From: an uncultured Dehalococcoidia bacterium
Lineage (GTDB): Bacteria; Chloroflexota; Dehalococcoidia; Lucifugimonadales; UBA2985
DNA: 64,000 nt
Reading direction: 5' to 3'
Assembly: GCA_964573055.1 (NCBI GenBank)
Contig: CAZNIG010000009.1
Span: 103 to 64,102 of the forward strand
Position numbers and translations under genes: made by a program. Of the stretch, positions 47,497-57,596 are shown piece by piece (position 1 is the stretch's first letter; each line of letters begins with the position of its first letter). The notes beneath the pieces are model-generated. The model saw only the letters and a program-made list of their open reading frames with translations. It was not told the DNA's origin and made no database searches.

Positions 47497-47803
47497 ATTA
47501 CCTCAGGGAATTAGCAGGATTTATAAACTCTAGCCATTTTATCTGAGCTTATCTATGTCCACAAAGTGGCGGCAACCTCTATCACTACGCCATGCGATAG
47601 TTTATCATGTCTCGAAAGATACTGGTCGAGGGTAATTGGAACTTTCACGCTAATCAGGCTAATAAGTGCAACACACGAAGTACCTCCAAATTGAACGCGG
47701 ATTTCCAGATTAGACAGAAACGAAAAACCGTTTAACCCTCCAGGCATCTACCGTAACCCAAATTCCAACAATAGAAAATCCGGACTAGTACTGGGGTGCC
47801 ACA

Positions 47804-48985
47804 GTGAACATCGGATACCTACATTCCATAGGCGGAGCGAGTGGCGACATGCTGCTGGGAGCCCTCATAGATTCAGGACTCGCACTGCACGAGTTGGTGG
47901 ACACGCTACAGAAGTTACCATTGGAGGGTTACTCAATAACGAGCCGACAAGAGCAGCGAGGTCACATACGTGGTACACATGTGACAGTCGACATAGACTC
48001 AGAAAAAGGGGCTGGGTACTCAATCCAAGACTTCATAGAGATAATCGAAGACAGTTCTCTTCAGGTTTCCATAAAATCCAAGGCGAAAGAAATATTGAAC
48101 CGCATCGAATTAGCAGAGTACCGTGTTCACGGCGAAGGCCATCCACTAAAGGAGCTGGGGGACATAGACACAATAATAGACGTAGTAGGAGTGGTATCTG
48201 GCCTCGAAGCACTAGGTATAGACCGACTCTATTGCTCCCCGCTTCCATCTGGATGGGGAGTAACATCCTCAAGAGAAGGGCCCTTAACAGTGCCGGCACC
48301 AGCAACTATGGAGTTACTGGTGATGGCTAAGGCACTGATAGCACCACCAAAAGGCCCTTACTCTCAGGCAGGAGAATTAGTAACCCCTACTGGAGCCGCT
48401 ATAATCACAACTTTGGCGTCCTTCGATCCCCCTCCGATGATTATCGAGGCCGTAGGTCACGGTATAGGCACTAAAGATATGCCAACAATACCCAACGTAC
48501 TAAGTCTATGGATAGGAAGTGCTAAAACTGCGCCCTCCATGACCAACTTATCCCTACTCGAAACCAATGTAGACGACTCAACACCAGAGATTATGGGATA
48601 CCTACAGGAATCTCTGTTGACTCATGGAGCTTTGGATGTATGGTTTACTCCTATTCAGATGAAAAAGAATAGGCCAGCCGTGGCCCTGAGTGTCCTCTGC
48701 TATCCAGACATGGAAGCCATTCTCACAAAAATAATACTCGCGGAGAGTTCAACCCTGGGCGTACGAATAAACTCCTTGAGACGCTTCGAATCTGAGCGCG
48801 AAGTGATTACTGTGGAAACAGAGTTGGGTCCAGCTAGGGTAAAACTGAAGAAGACTGACGCTAAAGTCACGAGTATCTCACCTGAATTCGAGGATTGTAA
48901 AGAAATATCCATAAAGACCGGTATACCGCTACAAGAAGTATTTCGTATAATCGAAAACGAGGCTAGGAAAAGCTTGGAAATGTAG
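47804..48985 (+). CDS. larC: Nickel-pincer cofactor biosynthesis protein LarC (DUF111, nickel insertion)
   Basis: The YLHSIGGASGDMLLGALIDSG N-terminal motif is typical of LarC; 393 aa; GTG start. Confidence 0.8.
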   Translation: MNIGYLHSIGGASGDMLLGALIDSGLALHELVDTLQKLPLEGYSITSRQEQRGHIRGTHVTVDIDSEKGAGYSIQDFIEIIEDSSLQVSIKSKAKEILNRIELAEYRVHGEGHPLKELGDIDTIIDVVGVVSGLEALGIDRLYCSPLPSGWGVTSSREGPLTVPAPATMELLVMAKALIAPPKGPYSQAGELVTPTGAAIITTLASFDPPPMIIEAVGHGIGTKDMPTIPNVLSLWIGSAKTAPSMTNLSLLETNVDDSTPEIMGYLQESLLTHGALDVWFTPIQMKKNRPAVALSVLCYPDMEAILTKIILAESSTLGVRINSLRRFESEREVITVETELGPARVKLKKTDAKVTSISPEFEDCKEISIKTGIPLQEVFRIIENEARKSLEM

Positions 48986-49103
48986 CCACACAGATAGCTT
49001 GGTAACCATTGATCTCTTAACCTTTGTTATATACAGGAACACTATGTTATTCTTGGTGTCTGCGGGGTTCAGACTTGGATAGCCCCTAAGGAGGTAAACA
49101 TTG

Positions 49104-49823
49104 ATGACATTATCCCCGGAAGATCTCAGTAGCACAGGTGCATGGCGGGAAACTGCCGCAGAGTTTATAGCCACGCTCTGCTTCGTATTTATTGGAGCTG
49201 GCTCAGTAGTCAGTGTAGGTATATTCCTAGGATCTGAAGAGACCGTGACTGCCTCTACTATAGTGGTGATCGCATTAGCTCACGCCCTAGCTATAGCAGT
49301 GTTGGTTTCTGCCACAGCAAGAATATCCGGAGGCCATCTCAATCCGGCAGTAACCTTTACAGCTATCCTGACCAAAAGAATTGGCATATCAAAAGGCGGA
49401 ATGTACATTATCGCCCAATTATCTGGCGCAATCATTGGAGCTCTACTAGTTAGTATCGTAGCTCCCACCGGCACAGAAAGTGGTCTTGGCTCGCATGGCT
49501 TAGGAGATGGCGTCAGCACTAGCATGGGGTTGATCACAGAAATAATCCTAACATTCATCCTGGTCTTCGTAATCTACGGCACAGCAATGGATCCCAAGGG
49601 GCCATCACACCTAGCACCGTTTGCGATTGGCATGGCCGTCCTGATATGCATATTCGCAGGCTTGCCACTCACAGGAGCATCGATGAACCCCGCAAGAACT
49701 CTTGGACCTGCATTAGTCACGGGAGAGTGGCTAAATCACTGGATATACTGGGTAGGCCCTCTCATTGGCGGATCAATTGCAGCCCTAGTTTATGACAAGA
49801 TATTCTTGAAGCACGGAGATTAA
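49104..49823 (+). CDS. MIP-family channel (aquaporin-like)
   Basis: Two NPA boxes (SGGHLNPAVT and GASMNPART) and six TM helices. GGAGG SD upstream. Confidence 0.9.
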   Translation: MTLSPEDLSSTGAWRETAAEFIATLCFVFIGAGSVVSVGIFLGSEETVTASTIVVIALAHALAIAVLVSATARISGGHLNPAVTFTAILTKRIGISKGGMYIIAQLSGAIIGALLVSIVAPTGTESGLGSHGLGDGVSTSMGLITEIILTFILVFVIYGTAMDPKGPSHLAPFAIGMAVLICIFAGLPLTGASMNPARTLGPALVTGEWLNHWIYWVGPLIGGSIAALVYDKIFLKHGD

Positions 49824-49832
49824 TCTGATGAG

Positions 49833-49907
49833 TGGTGCCCCTGGCGGGACTCGAACCCACGCGCCTGGCTTCGGAGGCCAGCGCTCTATCCTCTGAGCTA
49901 CAGGGGC
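49833..49907 (-). tRNA. tRNA-Arg (anticodon CCG), CCA encoded
   Basis: Manual cloverleaf. Acceptor GCCCCTG/CAGGGGC, anticodon stem CTGGC/GCCAG with loop CTCCGAA, T-loop TTCGAGT; 75 nt. Confidence 0.9.
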
Positions 49908-50090
49908 GGCGTTATTTGAAACACCTATAAAAACCGGCTATCTGGAATCTAGTGAGCACTAGCATAACAGAATTCTATGATAGCCGTGGTAACTAGACTC
50001 AATTACTTCCAGTCTATGCGCACTGTCTAAGCGTAAGCGGGTGAACTTGATAAACCAATGTTCGGCAAGCATAATCCGTCCGGGCTAGCC

Positions 50091-51371
50091 TCATCGTCTC
50101 CGCCTCCCTGAGCCACCTTTCGAAAATGCCGGTACAAGTATAATTGGGGCCATAAGCGTTGTAATTACGGTCATCATGATTGCAACACCAAATATATCTG
50201 GGCCAATTATTCCACGAGATAAGCCAACCCCAGCAATTATAAGTGCCACTTCTCCTCTTGGTAACATGCCTATACCAATTCTCCAAGCCCCCACTTTGTT
50301 GAATCCCACCAACATCGCCGGCAAGCCGCAGCCTAACACCTTGCTCAAAATCGCCAATACCGAAACCACGGTGCCAAATACAACCACCCCGCTCATAGCC
50401 GATAAATCCACCATCATTCCCATGACTACAAAAAATATTGGGACCAAGCCATGATATAAACCCATCATGGCCTCCTCAATATTACGCGCTAAGGAGGTAC
50501 CGGATAAGGACAATCCTATGGTGTAGGCACCAATAATCATAGCTAAACCAAAACTTTCTGCTAAGCCTGCCGCCAAGAATGCCAAGGCCAAAGCCAGACA
50601 GATAGAGCCACCTGAAACCCTGAAAGATCCAATAGCACTAGAGATGTACTTGGAACCCATAATACCCACGAACATGAGCACTAGCCAAAAACCAACGGCC
50701 TTAGCACCGACTATAGCAATACCCGAAGCAGACACATCGGCACTAGGCAAGGCAAGCCCGGCAACTACTGTAAGCACAAGGATACCTAGAACATCATCTA
50801 CTACTGCAGCTGCCAACACTGTCACACCTTCTGGAGAGTCCAGTTTCTGCTGATCCCCTAGAACCCTGGCAGTGATACCTACGGATGTGGCAGTCATAAC
50901 TGCGCCCATAAAAAGGGCAGAATAAAGAAGGGGATCCCCTTCTAAGCCGCCGGGTTTAAGCAATAAGGTAGCACCCGCACCAAAAACAAACGGGAATAAA
51001 ATACCCCCAAGAGCCACTACAGATGCTGGGGCAGCAAACTTTGCAAATTGCTTGAGATCTGTCTCGAGACCAGCCACAAAAAGAAGCACCACGGCAGCTA
51101 TCTGTGAAACTGAAAAAAGCTCTATCGAAACCGGAATAGCTGATGCCGCATGGCCAGAAGGCGAGTGCAATGCAAATAGTGGTTCCACTCCGCCGATAGC
51201 GATTCCACCTAATGCGAATGGTCCTATAGCTATGCCAGCACTAAGTTCTCCAAGAACTGCCGGAATCTTCAGGTATCTCTGGCAAATCTCTCCACCTAGC
51301 TTAGCAGCAATCAGAATTATAGAAAGCTGCAACACTAAGCGTGTCACCATGTGAGTGAAGTCATTTTCCAT
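50091..51371 (-). CDS. Cation:proton antiporter (CPA2 / Kef-type Na+/H+ exchanger family)
   Basis: About 12 TM helices. The N-terminus LQLSIILIAAKLGGEICQRYLKIPAVLGELSAGIAIGP is typical of the family. Confidence 0.85.
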   Translation of the reverse strand: MENDFTHMVTRLVLQLSIILIAAKLGGEICQRYLKIPAVLGELSAGIAIGPFALGGIAIGGVEPLFALHSPSGHAASAIPVSIELFSVSQIAAVVLLFVAGLETDLKQFAKFAAPASVVALGGILFPFVFGAGATLLLKPGGLEGDPLLYSALFMGAVMTATSVGITARVLGDQQKLDSPEGVTVLAAAVVDDVLGILVLTVVAGLALPSADVSASGIAIVGAKAVGFWLVLMFVGIMGSKYISSAIGSFRVSGGSICLALALAFLAAGLAESFGLAMIIGAYTIGLSLSGTSLARNIEEAMMGLYHGLVPIFFVVMGMMVDLSAMSGVVVFGTVVSVLAILSKVLGCGLPAMLVGFNKVGAWRIGIGMLPRGEVALIIAGVGLSRGIIGPDIFGVAIMMTVITTLMAPIILVPAFSKGGSGRRRR

Positions 51372-51597
51372 TTACGTACAAGCTCCGAACTACCTGGATG
51401 CCGATGCCATGTTGCTACAGCAAAGGCAGATTATACCAGAGGTTTCCACTCACATCCCGTAATTCATTGCTTTTTTTACCCATTTTTGGGCATTTTATGG
51501 GAATTCACGGCAATTGTCCGAATTTAACAGCCATGACAGCCATTAAACAATAGGTTTTATCGCCCCTGCAACCAACTCTCTAAATCTGGCTAAAGGG

Positions 51598-51626
51598 TTG
51601 ACACGCACAAAGTTAGTGAATATGAT
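51598..51626 (+). promoter_or_regulatory. Candidate promoter (TTGACA-N17-TATGAT)
   Basis: TTGACA at 51598-51603 and TATGAT at 51621-51626, about 85 nt upstream of the secreted-protein ORF. Confidence 0.4.
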
Positions 51627-51711
51627 TAGCCGAGTTGCTACTCGCAAGCTGCGTCTAAGCAACACGGGTCAACTCAAGCGATCAATGTAGCAGGATAGAA
51701 AGGGGGCCAGC

Positions 51712-52182
51712 ATGAAGGGTCTATTATCCATAAGGGGTACGCTAGTCGCAATGCTACTCTTGGTAGTGGCACTGGGCGCGGGCACAGCCCAAGCCGGGCC
51801 GCAAGAGGCAGCTTCGTCTCAGGTTTCGTTCGAAAGACAAGACGGAGCCACTATAGTCGGAAGTAGCATTTGCACAGAGAATGACACCGCATTCACAGTC
51901 TACGGCTCAGGTTGGGGCCCAGGCGAGTTGATTTTGCTCTCGGTAGTACGAGGCGCATACGACTCCTTAATCTGGTACGCAGGCCCAGTTAACGACGCAG
52001 GAGCAATCGAACTGGAAGTGAATATCAGAGACAAGGCCAATAAGAAGGGCGCCAAGGTAAGATACCCCGGGGCTGGCTTGTACACCCTGGAAGCGCTTGG
52101 CACAACAGGTCGACTAACCTCGACCCCAGTAGTCTTCGCTGAAGACAAGTGCAACGCCGAAGCGGAAGTTGCTGCTTCCTAA
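51712..52182 (+). CDS. Hypothetical secreted protein (signal peptide ...GAGTAQA|GP)
   Basis: Sec-type signal peptide, GGGGG SD and 156 aa. No family recognised. Confidence 0.5.
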   Translation: MKGLLSIRGTLVAMLLLVVALGAGTAQAGPQEAASSQVSFERQDGATIVGSSICTENDTAFTVYGSGWGPGELILLSVVRGAYDSLIWYAGPVNDAGAIELEVNIRDKANKKGAKVRYPGAGLYTLEALGTTGRLTSTPVVFAEDKCNAEAEVAAS

Positions 52183-52210
52183 GTCTGCTACTCAAACTCA
52201 CGCAGAGTTA

Positions 52211-52252
52211 AAAAAGAAGAGGCGGTGATATGTATCACCGCCTCTTCTTTGT
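52211..52252. terminator. Strong bidirectional rho-independent terminator between convergent genes
   Basis: Perfect stem of about 16 bp, AAGAAGAGGCGGTGAT-ATGT-ATCACCGCCTCTTCTT, flanked by an A-run upstream and a T-rich tract downstream. Confidence 0.8.
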
Positions 52253-52277
52253 CTGGCCTACCAACTATATATACCCT

Positions 52278-53534
52278 CTAACCTAGGGTAAGTCTTCGAA
52301 CCTGAACCTTCTTTATTCTCCGCCCCAAAGTAGATATCACCTTTATGGTCAACTGCCCCACAGTGATCTCCTCACCCGGTGCCGGGATTTTCCCCATCTG
52401 CTGATATAACAATCCTCCCAATGTATCAAACCCTTCACCCTCTAGCTCTAAATCAAAAACATGATTGAGTTCTTCTAGAGACACACGTGCATCCATTAAG
52501 AATGCATCATCTTCAATCATCTCTATCATACTCTCCGGTATATCGAACTCATCTTCTATTTCCCCGACTATTTCTTCAAGAAGATCCTCAATAGTTACCA
52601 ACCCAGACGTGCCACCATACTCATCCACCACGACTGCCATGTGAACATGCATCTCTTGAAAATCCCTTAGTAATTCATCTAGTCTCTTGGCATCTGGAAT
52701 AAAGAGTGGCGGCCTGGCTATATCTGCAATCTCTACTATAGAACTACTATCTGATAAATACTTCAATAGATCCTTTGAATGTACCACGCCTACAATATTA
52801 TCTATATTATGATCGTATATTGGTATCCTACTATGCCCTGTCTCCGACATAAACTCTGCAACCTTAAGAAGTGGGGTCGAGTTATCCACTGCCACTATAT
52901 CAGCACGTGGCACCATTACTTCATGTACTGTAGTTTCATCCAGTTTGAGAATTGATGAAATCATCTTACGCTCATGTGGGGCCAGAACCTCTTCATCATT
53001 ATTTGAATTAGCGTCTAATGACAGCCCTTGAGTATCAGTGATACTCTTTCCAAAGCCCGCGTCGCTAGATTCTAGAACCATTCCTGCAGAATCTGATCCT
53101 GTAACAAGTCTTTCTAATTTCGAGATTGGCTTTAACAACATCAACACCGGGCACAACAAGGCAACAGACACCCTCGCTCCCATCCAAAACCTATTAGCAA
53201 AAGCAGAGCAAGTAGCACCAGTAACCAGCAGAATCAGAAACAAAGAACAAGCGATAATCATCAGACCAGAAACGTCAGAGCCGTCAAAGTGAGACCATCC
53301 CATCCAATATGGAATAGAGATAGCCCCCAGCATAACTATTACCGTGACAAGAACGACTTTCAATGTTGAGCGCAAGAATCCGTCAATCAGAAGAGAAGAC
53401 ATGGGACCCCGAAATTCATCGGAGTAGCTCGAGCGTGGAAGCCGTGCGAGATAGCCATCCAACACAGACAACTGTAAAAACAAGACCAGAGATATAATCA
53501 GAACTATTGCTATAACAGGACTATCGGGATCCAA
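52278..53534 (-). CDS. Hemolysin-family / CNNM protein (DUF21 TM domain, CBS pair, CorC_HlyC domain)
   Basis: Domain order is visible: N-terminal TM region, a CBS-pair region (VHEVMVPRADIV ... HMAVVVDEYGGTSGLVTIEDLLEEIVGEI), then the C-terminal transporter-associated domain. Confidence 0.85.
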   Translation of the reverse strand: MDPDSPVIAIVLIISLVLFLQLSVLDGYLARLPRSSYSDEFRGPMSSLLIDGFLRSTLKVVLVTVIVMLGAISIPYWMGWSHFDGSDVSGLMIIACSLFLILLVTGATCSAFANRFWMGARVSVALLCPVLMLLKPISKLERLVTGSDSAGMVLESSDAGFGKSITDTQGLSLDANSNNDEEVLAPHERKMISSILKLDETTVHEVMVPRADIVAVDNSTPLLKVAEFMSETGHSRIPIYDHNIDNIVGVVHSKDLLKYLSDSSSIVEIADIARPPLFIPDAKRLDELLRDFQEMHVHMAVVVDEYGGTSGLVTIEDLLEEIVGEIEDEFDIPESMIEMIEDDAFLMDARVSLEELNHVFDLELEGEGFDTLGGLLYQQMGKIPAPGEEITVGQLTIKVISTLGRRIKKVQVRRLTLG

Positions 53535-53616
53535 TAATTACCACCCCCAAACGATAAGAAAGCTAAATACAAAATTTAATCGACAGATTTCAATCTTTAT
53601 TGGTTATATAAAAAGG

Positions 53617-54978
53617 CTACTTCTCCTTCTTCTGACCCTTCCTATTTTTCACGGGCCTAGCTGGTACACCGACCACTTGTGCCCCTGCAGGAACGTCTTT
53701 ATTGACCACAGATCCAGCCCCAGTACTTGCTCCCGCTCCTACGCGAATCGGAGCAACTAGCATAGAGTCACTCCCTATAAACGCACCATCCTCGATAATA
53801 GTCTCATTCTTATTATCTCCGTCAAAATTGCACGTAACAGTACCAGCTCCAATATTTACTTCAGCTCCAACCCAAGCATCTCCAATGTAGCTAAAGTGCC
53901 CCATCATGGTCCCACGTCCGAGCCGACTCTTTTTAACCTCTGAAAAGTTGCCTATGTGTACGTCGCGTTCTATGTGACTTCCAGCACGCAAATGGCTAAA
54001 TGGTCCTATTTCAACGTTTTCCTCTAAGATAGCATCGTCCAAAACAGACTGAATTATTCGACAGCCATCCGCCACGCAGGAGTCTTTTACTATTGATCCG
54101 GGTCCTATTTCACATCCTCGTCCAATCTTACTATTCCCACTCACGAAAGTGTTAGGGTAGATAGTGGTATCTGGTTGGATATCTACCGATATATCTATGT
54201 ATGCAGGCTCGATTATGGTGACACCTTCCAGAAGCCATTTCCTATTCACTCGATAACGTATCGCTTCTCTAGCCATAGCCAGATCAACTCCATCATTCAC
54301 CCCTAACCCTTCCGCCGGATCATCCAATTCAACTTCCTCTATGTCACACCCACTAGAATAAGCCAAGCCAATTACATCTGTCAGATAGATCTCGCCAGTC
54401 GATGACCAAGAGATACTATCCAGAATAGACCACAACCAAGGCAGCTTAAAGCAATATACGCCAACATTAGCCTGATATGGTGTTACAAGTTCCCTGCTGT
54501 TTAGTTCCTTTTCCTCTACTATAGAAGCCACCTTGCCATACTTATCCCGCATTACATGGCCAAGACCGCTGGAGTAGGGTATATCAGAAGTCAACACTGT
54601 AACATGAGACTGGGTCGCTTCGTGAGCAGATTTAAGTTTCTCTAGCGTACCTAACGTCACCAATGGAGCATCGCCATTGATAACAAGAATATTCCCTTCG
54701 TAGCCATCAAGCGAATGCTTTGCTTGATACACCGCATGGCCAGTACCGAGCGGTTCTCGCTGTTCAACAAAAGCTGTCTCAGAACCCAGCGTTCTACGAA
54801 TGCCAGGAGAGTCTGGAGGTATGACAGCTAGGACACCCTCGAATCCAGACATATTAAGCGTGTCGGATACTAAGCCCACCATTTCTCGTCCGGCTAGAGT
54901 CTGCAGCACTTTAGGCGTACTGGACTTCATCCGAGTGCCTTTTCCAGCAGCCAATATTATTGCCAACCAGTTGTCCAC
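53617..54978 (-). CDS. glmU: Bifunctional UDP-N-acetylglucosamine pyrophosphorylase / glucosamine-1-phosphate N-acetyltransferase
   Basis: LAAGKGTRM motif and C-terminal left-handed beta-helix hexapeptide repeats. The start is uncertain; I chose GTG 54978, and the track start 55023 is a TTG. Confidence 0.88.
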   Translation of the reverse strand: MDNWLAIILAAGKGTRMKSSTPKVLQTLAGREMVGLVSDTLNMSGFEGVLAVIPPDSPGIRRTLGSETAFVEQREPLGTGHAVYQAKHSLDGYEGNILVINGDAPLVTLGTLEKLKSAHEATQSHVTVLTSDIPYSSGLGHVMRDKYGKVASIVEEKELNSRELVTPYQANVGVYCFKLPWLWSILDSISWSSTGEIYLTDVIGLAYSSGCDIEEVELDDPAEGLGVNDGVDLAMAREAIRYRVNRKWLLEGVTIIEPAYIDISVDIQPDTTIYPNTFVSGNSKIGRGCEIGPGSIVKDSCVADGCRIIQSVLDDAILEENVEIGPFSHLRAGSHIERDVHIGNFSEVKKSRLGRGTMMGHFSYIGDAWVGAEVNIGAGTVTCNFDGDNKNETIIEDGAFIGSDSMLVAPIRVGAGASTGAGSVVNKDVPAGAQVVGVPARPVKNRKGQKKEK

Positions 54979-55384
54979 TTTGTCACCAACAAAAAAGGCA
55001 GCCCCTCTGTTGCGCAAGCGCAAAACCGAGGACTACCTTAACCATAGAGTTTAAGCAGGGCTCCATTCCGCCGCGATAATATCAGTAGGAGAATTATACT
55101 GTCAAGAACTACTTAGACTTAGTGCTTAGCCTTATCCGAAACGAAATCCCACATCCCGCAGTACCAATAATATAAACAACGCTACCAAATCAGATGGCCA
55201 ACCAACGAACAAGAACTCTGTTTAGACAATTAACATTCCTGCTTATTCTTAGTTAGCAATTAGAAATAGTTTCAACATATAGCAAATTCTTTCCGCTGTA
55301 TGACAAAACAAAGCTAGTAAAATCAAAACTAATCTTGGCAATAATACGATGGACAATACCAATTGAATCTATCAAAGCCGTTTA

Positions 55385-55412
55385 TTGACGACCAATATTC
55401 GGACGGTATAAT
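55385..55412 (+). promoter_or_regulatory. Candidate promoter (TTGACG-N16-TATAAT)
   Basis: TTGACG at 55385-55390 and TATAAT at 55407-55412, about 40 nt upstream of the FAH-family gene. Confidence 0.45.
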
Positions 55413-55451
55413 ACCACCACGAGCTCGCTAGAGGTTGTAAGGGGGTGACAA

Positions 55452-56390
55452 GTGCGATTAGTAATGTTTCAAAACTCAGTAACTACCAATGACCACCGGA
55501 ATCGCCCAGGCCTACTTACTGAGAACGGGGTTGTTGATCTATCTGACATAGTTCGACATCTAGACAACTATTCGCCTCAGACTTTGATGGCTGACATCAT
55601 AGACAACTTTGACCTCCTTAGGGATGAAATCGAGCTCAAAGGAAGAACCTCAGATGCCATCCCACTCCTAAACGTAAAGCTTAGGCCGCCCTTGGCAAGA
55701 CCTGGTAAAATTATGTGCTGCATAGGTAACTACTGGGAGCATATGCAACGAGATCCTCGACCACTAAATTTCTTCCTCAAAAACCCAGATGCCGTAGTGG
55801 GACATGGGGACACGATAATCCTGCCGAAAGTAACAGACCCATATGTGTTTCACCATGAGGCAGAGTTGGCAATTGTGTTAAAGGGGCCTGAGAAAGAACT
55901 TTCCAGAGCCGATTATAAGAAAGCTATCTTCGGATATACGTGCATAATAGATGTATCGGCTAGAGCCCAAGGTAGATCTACATGGAGACAAGGAAGTTGG
56001 ATGGGAAAATCGTTCGATACATTTGCTCCTATAGGGCCCTGTATACTAACCTCTGATGAGATTGAGGATCCTAATGATTTGGAAGTGCGTTTTTGGAATT
56101 CCGGAGAGTTGTATCACCAATATAACACCAATGACATGGAACACAGAGTACCTGAAATAATCGAGTTTGTTACAAGCATAATGACCGTAAACACTGGAGA
56201 TGTGATTGCATGCGGAACTAACCACGAAGGATTGGGCCCACTTCAAGACGGAGACATTGCAGAAATTGAAATCCAACAAATCGGCCGCATGGCACTCCAG
56301 GTAACCGACCCCTTGAAAAGAACCTGGGAGAGAGGAATTTACGTAGGGCCCAACTCCACCGCACCTGCAGCCAGGCAAGATTCAACATAG
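55452..56390 (+). CDS. Fumarylacetoacetate hydrolase (FAH) family protein
   Basis: C-terminal FAH-fold motifs (HHEAELAIV, TGDVIACGT). GGGGGTG SD. Confidence 0.85.
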   Translation: MRLVMFQNSVTTNDHRNRPGLLTENGVVDLSDIVRHLDNYSPQTLMADIIDNFDLLRDEIELKGRTSDAIPLLNVKLRPPLARPGKIMCCIGNYWEHMQRDPRPLNFFLKNPDAVVGHGDTIILPKVTDPYVFHHEAELAIVLKGPEKELSRADYKKAIFGYTCIIDVSARAQGRSTWRQGSWMGKSFDTFAPIGPCILTSDEIEDPNDLEVRFWNSGELYHQYNTNDMEHRVPEIIEFVTSIMTVNTGDVIACGTNHEGLGPLQDGDIAEIEIQQIGRMALQVTDPLKRTWERGIYVGPNSTAPAARQDST

Positions 56391-56549
56391 AAACGCCATA
56401 AAGCATCTACGGTCACACCAATGCATTGAGGAATACACTTGCCCATATATCTCATGAATTTTATTAGCCTATAATGATCACCACCGCTGTATTGCAATCA
56501 TATATAGATATATAATAACCAAGGATTCGAAAATCTGCTCGTAGGATGT

Positions 56550-56942
56550 GTGAATATGGATGACTCTCATTACAAGGAAAAGCTGACCCCTACTCAATAC
56601 GCGGTAACAAGAGAAAAGGCGACAGAGCCACCATTTTCAGGCGAGTACTGGGACACCAAATCCGCTGGAACCTACGTTTGTGTGTGCTGCGAAGCAGAAC
56701 TTTTCCCGTCTTCTACCAAGTTTGACTCTGGTACAGGATGGCCTAGTTTTTGGGCACCAGTCGAAAATGCGAATCTTGAAACTGAGACCGATAACACCTT
56801 CGGAATGACTAGGACAGAAGTTACTTGCGGAAAATGCGGCTCACACATCGGCCACATTTTCCCAGACGGCCCTGCTCCGACTGGACTCAGATACTGCGCG
56901 AATTCCGCGTCGCTTCATTTAAAAAAGGGGGAATCTTTCTAG
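56550..56942 (+). CDS. msrB: Peptide-methionine (R)-S-oxide reductase
   Basis: Two CxxC pairs (CVCC, CGKC), GWPSF, and the RYCANS catalytic motif. Confidence 0.9.
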   Translation: MNMDDSHYKEKLTPTQYAVTREKATEPPFSGEYWDTKSAGTYVCVCCEAELFPSSTKFDSGTGWPSFWAPVENANLETETDNTFGMTRTEVTCGKCGSHIGHIFPDGPAPTGLRYCANSASLHLKKGESF

Positions 56943-57472
56943 AACCCTATACTACTTTTACCCTGAAAAGTTCTAGCAAGATTGATTTGACCCAAATGAT
57001 TGCTGCCGTGCACTATGACAACTTGTCCTAGTGCCTGAATTCTGGAAATCTCCCCATGTGGATGAACTCTTACCTCAGCACTAAGGTAGTCATCTTTCAT
57101 ATTACCTATCCGCGACTCAACGGCTACCGCAACATCTCGAATATAACCAGCCAACACCATCGGCTCTGGAAACCTTAGCGAGTATGCTACATCCGGTTCC
57201 ATATCAGTTCCCTGATCGACCTTAGGTAAATTCCAAGCTTCATGCAGTCCTTTTCGTAACCATATGGGTTGTTCACGATCAAAAGCAAAGTGCACTATAT
57301 TATCTGATGTCCTTGCTATATGCCAAGCTTCGAATGCTATATGATTGGCATTACCATGTACTCTATGGTGTAACTCTTCCAAACTAAGGTCTTCTACAGA
57401 CATCGCGACTGAATTCAACATGTCCTTGACAAGAAATGCTAGAAATTTACCAGTACTCTCGATATCTGACAA
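56939..57472 (-). CDS. DinB-family (DinB_2-like four-helix bundle) protein
   Basis: The size and the His-containing helices ([23 protein letters not shown]) are consistent with the DinB superfamily. Confidence 0.6.
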   Translation of the reverse strand: MSDIESTGKFLAFLVKDMLNSVAMSVEDLSLEELHHRVHGNANHIAFEAWHIARTSDNIVHFAFDREQPIWLRKGLHEAWNLPKVDQGTDMEPDVAYSLRFPEPMVLAGYIRDVAVAVESRIGNMKDDYLSAEVRVHPHGEISRIQALGQVVIVHGSNHLGQINLARTFQGKSSIGF

Positions 57473-57596
57473 TTTTTCCCCTATAGAATTGAAAACACTA
57501 TTAGCGTTGGATCAAGACGTTAATGGTCTAAAGCCTAAGTCACCACATTATACAATCACTATGCCTAGATATTACACCCATGGTAAGATCACCAAC

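Noticed and set aside
47497-47803. A NiCo (czcD-type) riboswitch or a real 64-aa ORF (47553-47747, minus) in the 307-bp region upstream of larC.
   Set aside because: The sequence is AT-rich with no resemblance to the GC-rich four-way-junction NiCo motif as I remember it. The 64-aa ORF lacks an SD and has a non-protein-like composition.
51372-51470. A c-di-AMP (ydaO-type) riboswitch upstream of the CPA2 antiporter.
   Set aside because: The leader downstream of the TGgTATAAT promoter (51430-51438, minus strand) is only about 55 nt. It lacks the pseudo-twofold ACGGGG/CCCGA elements.
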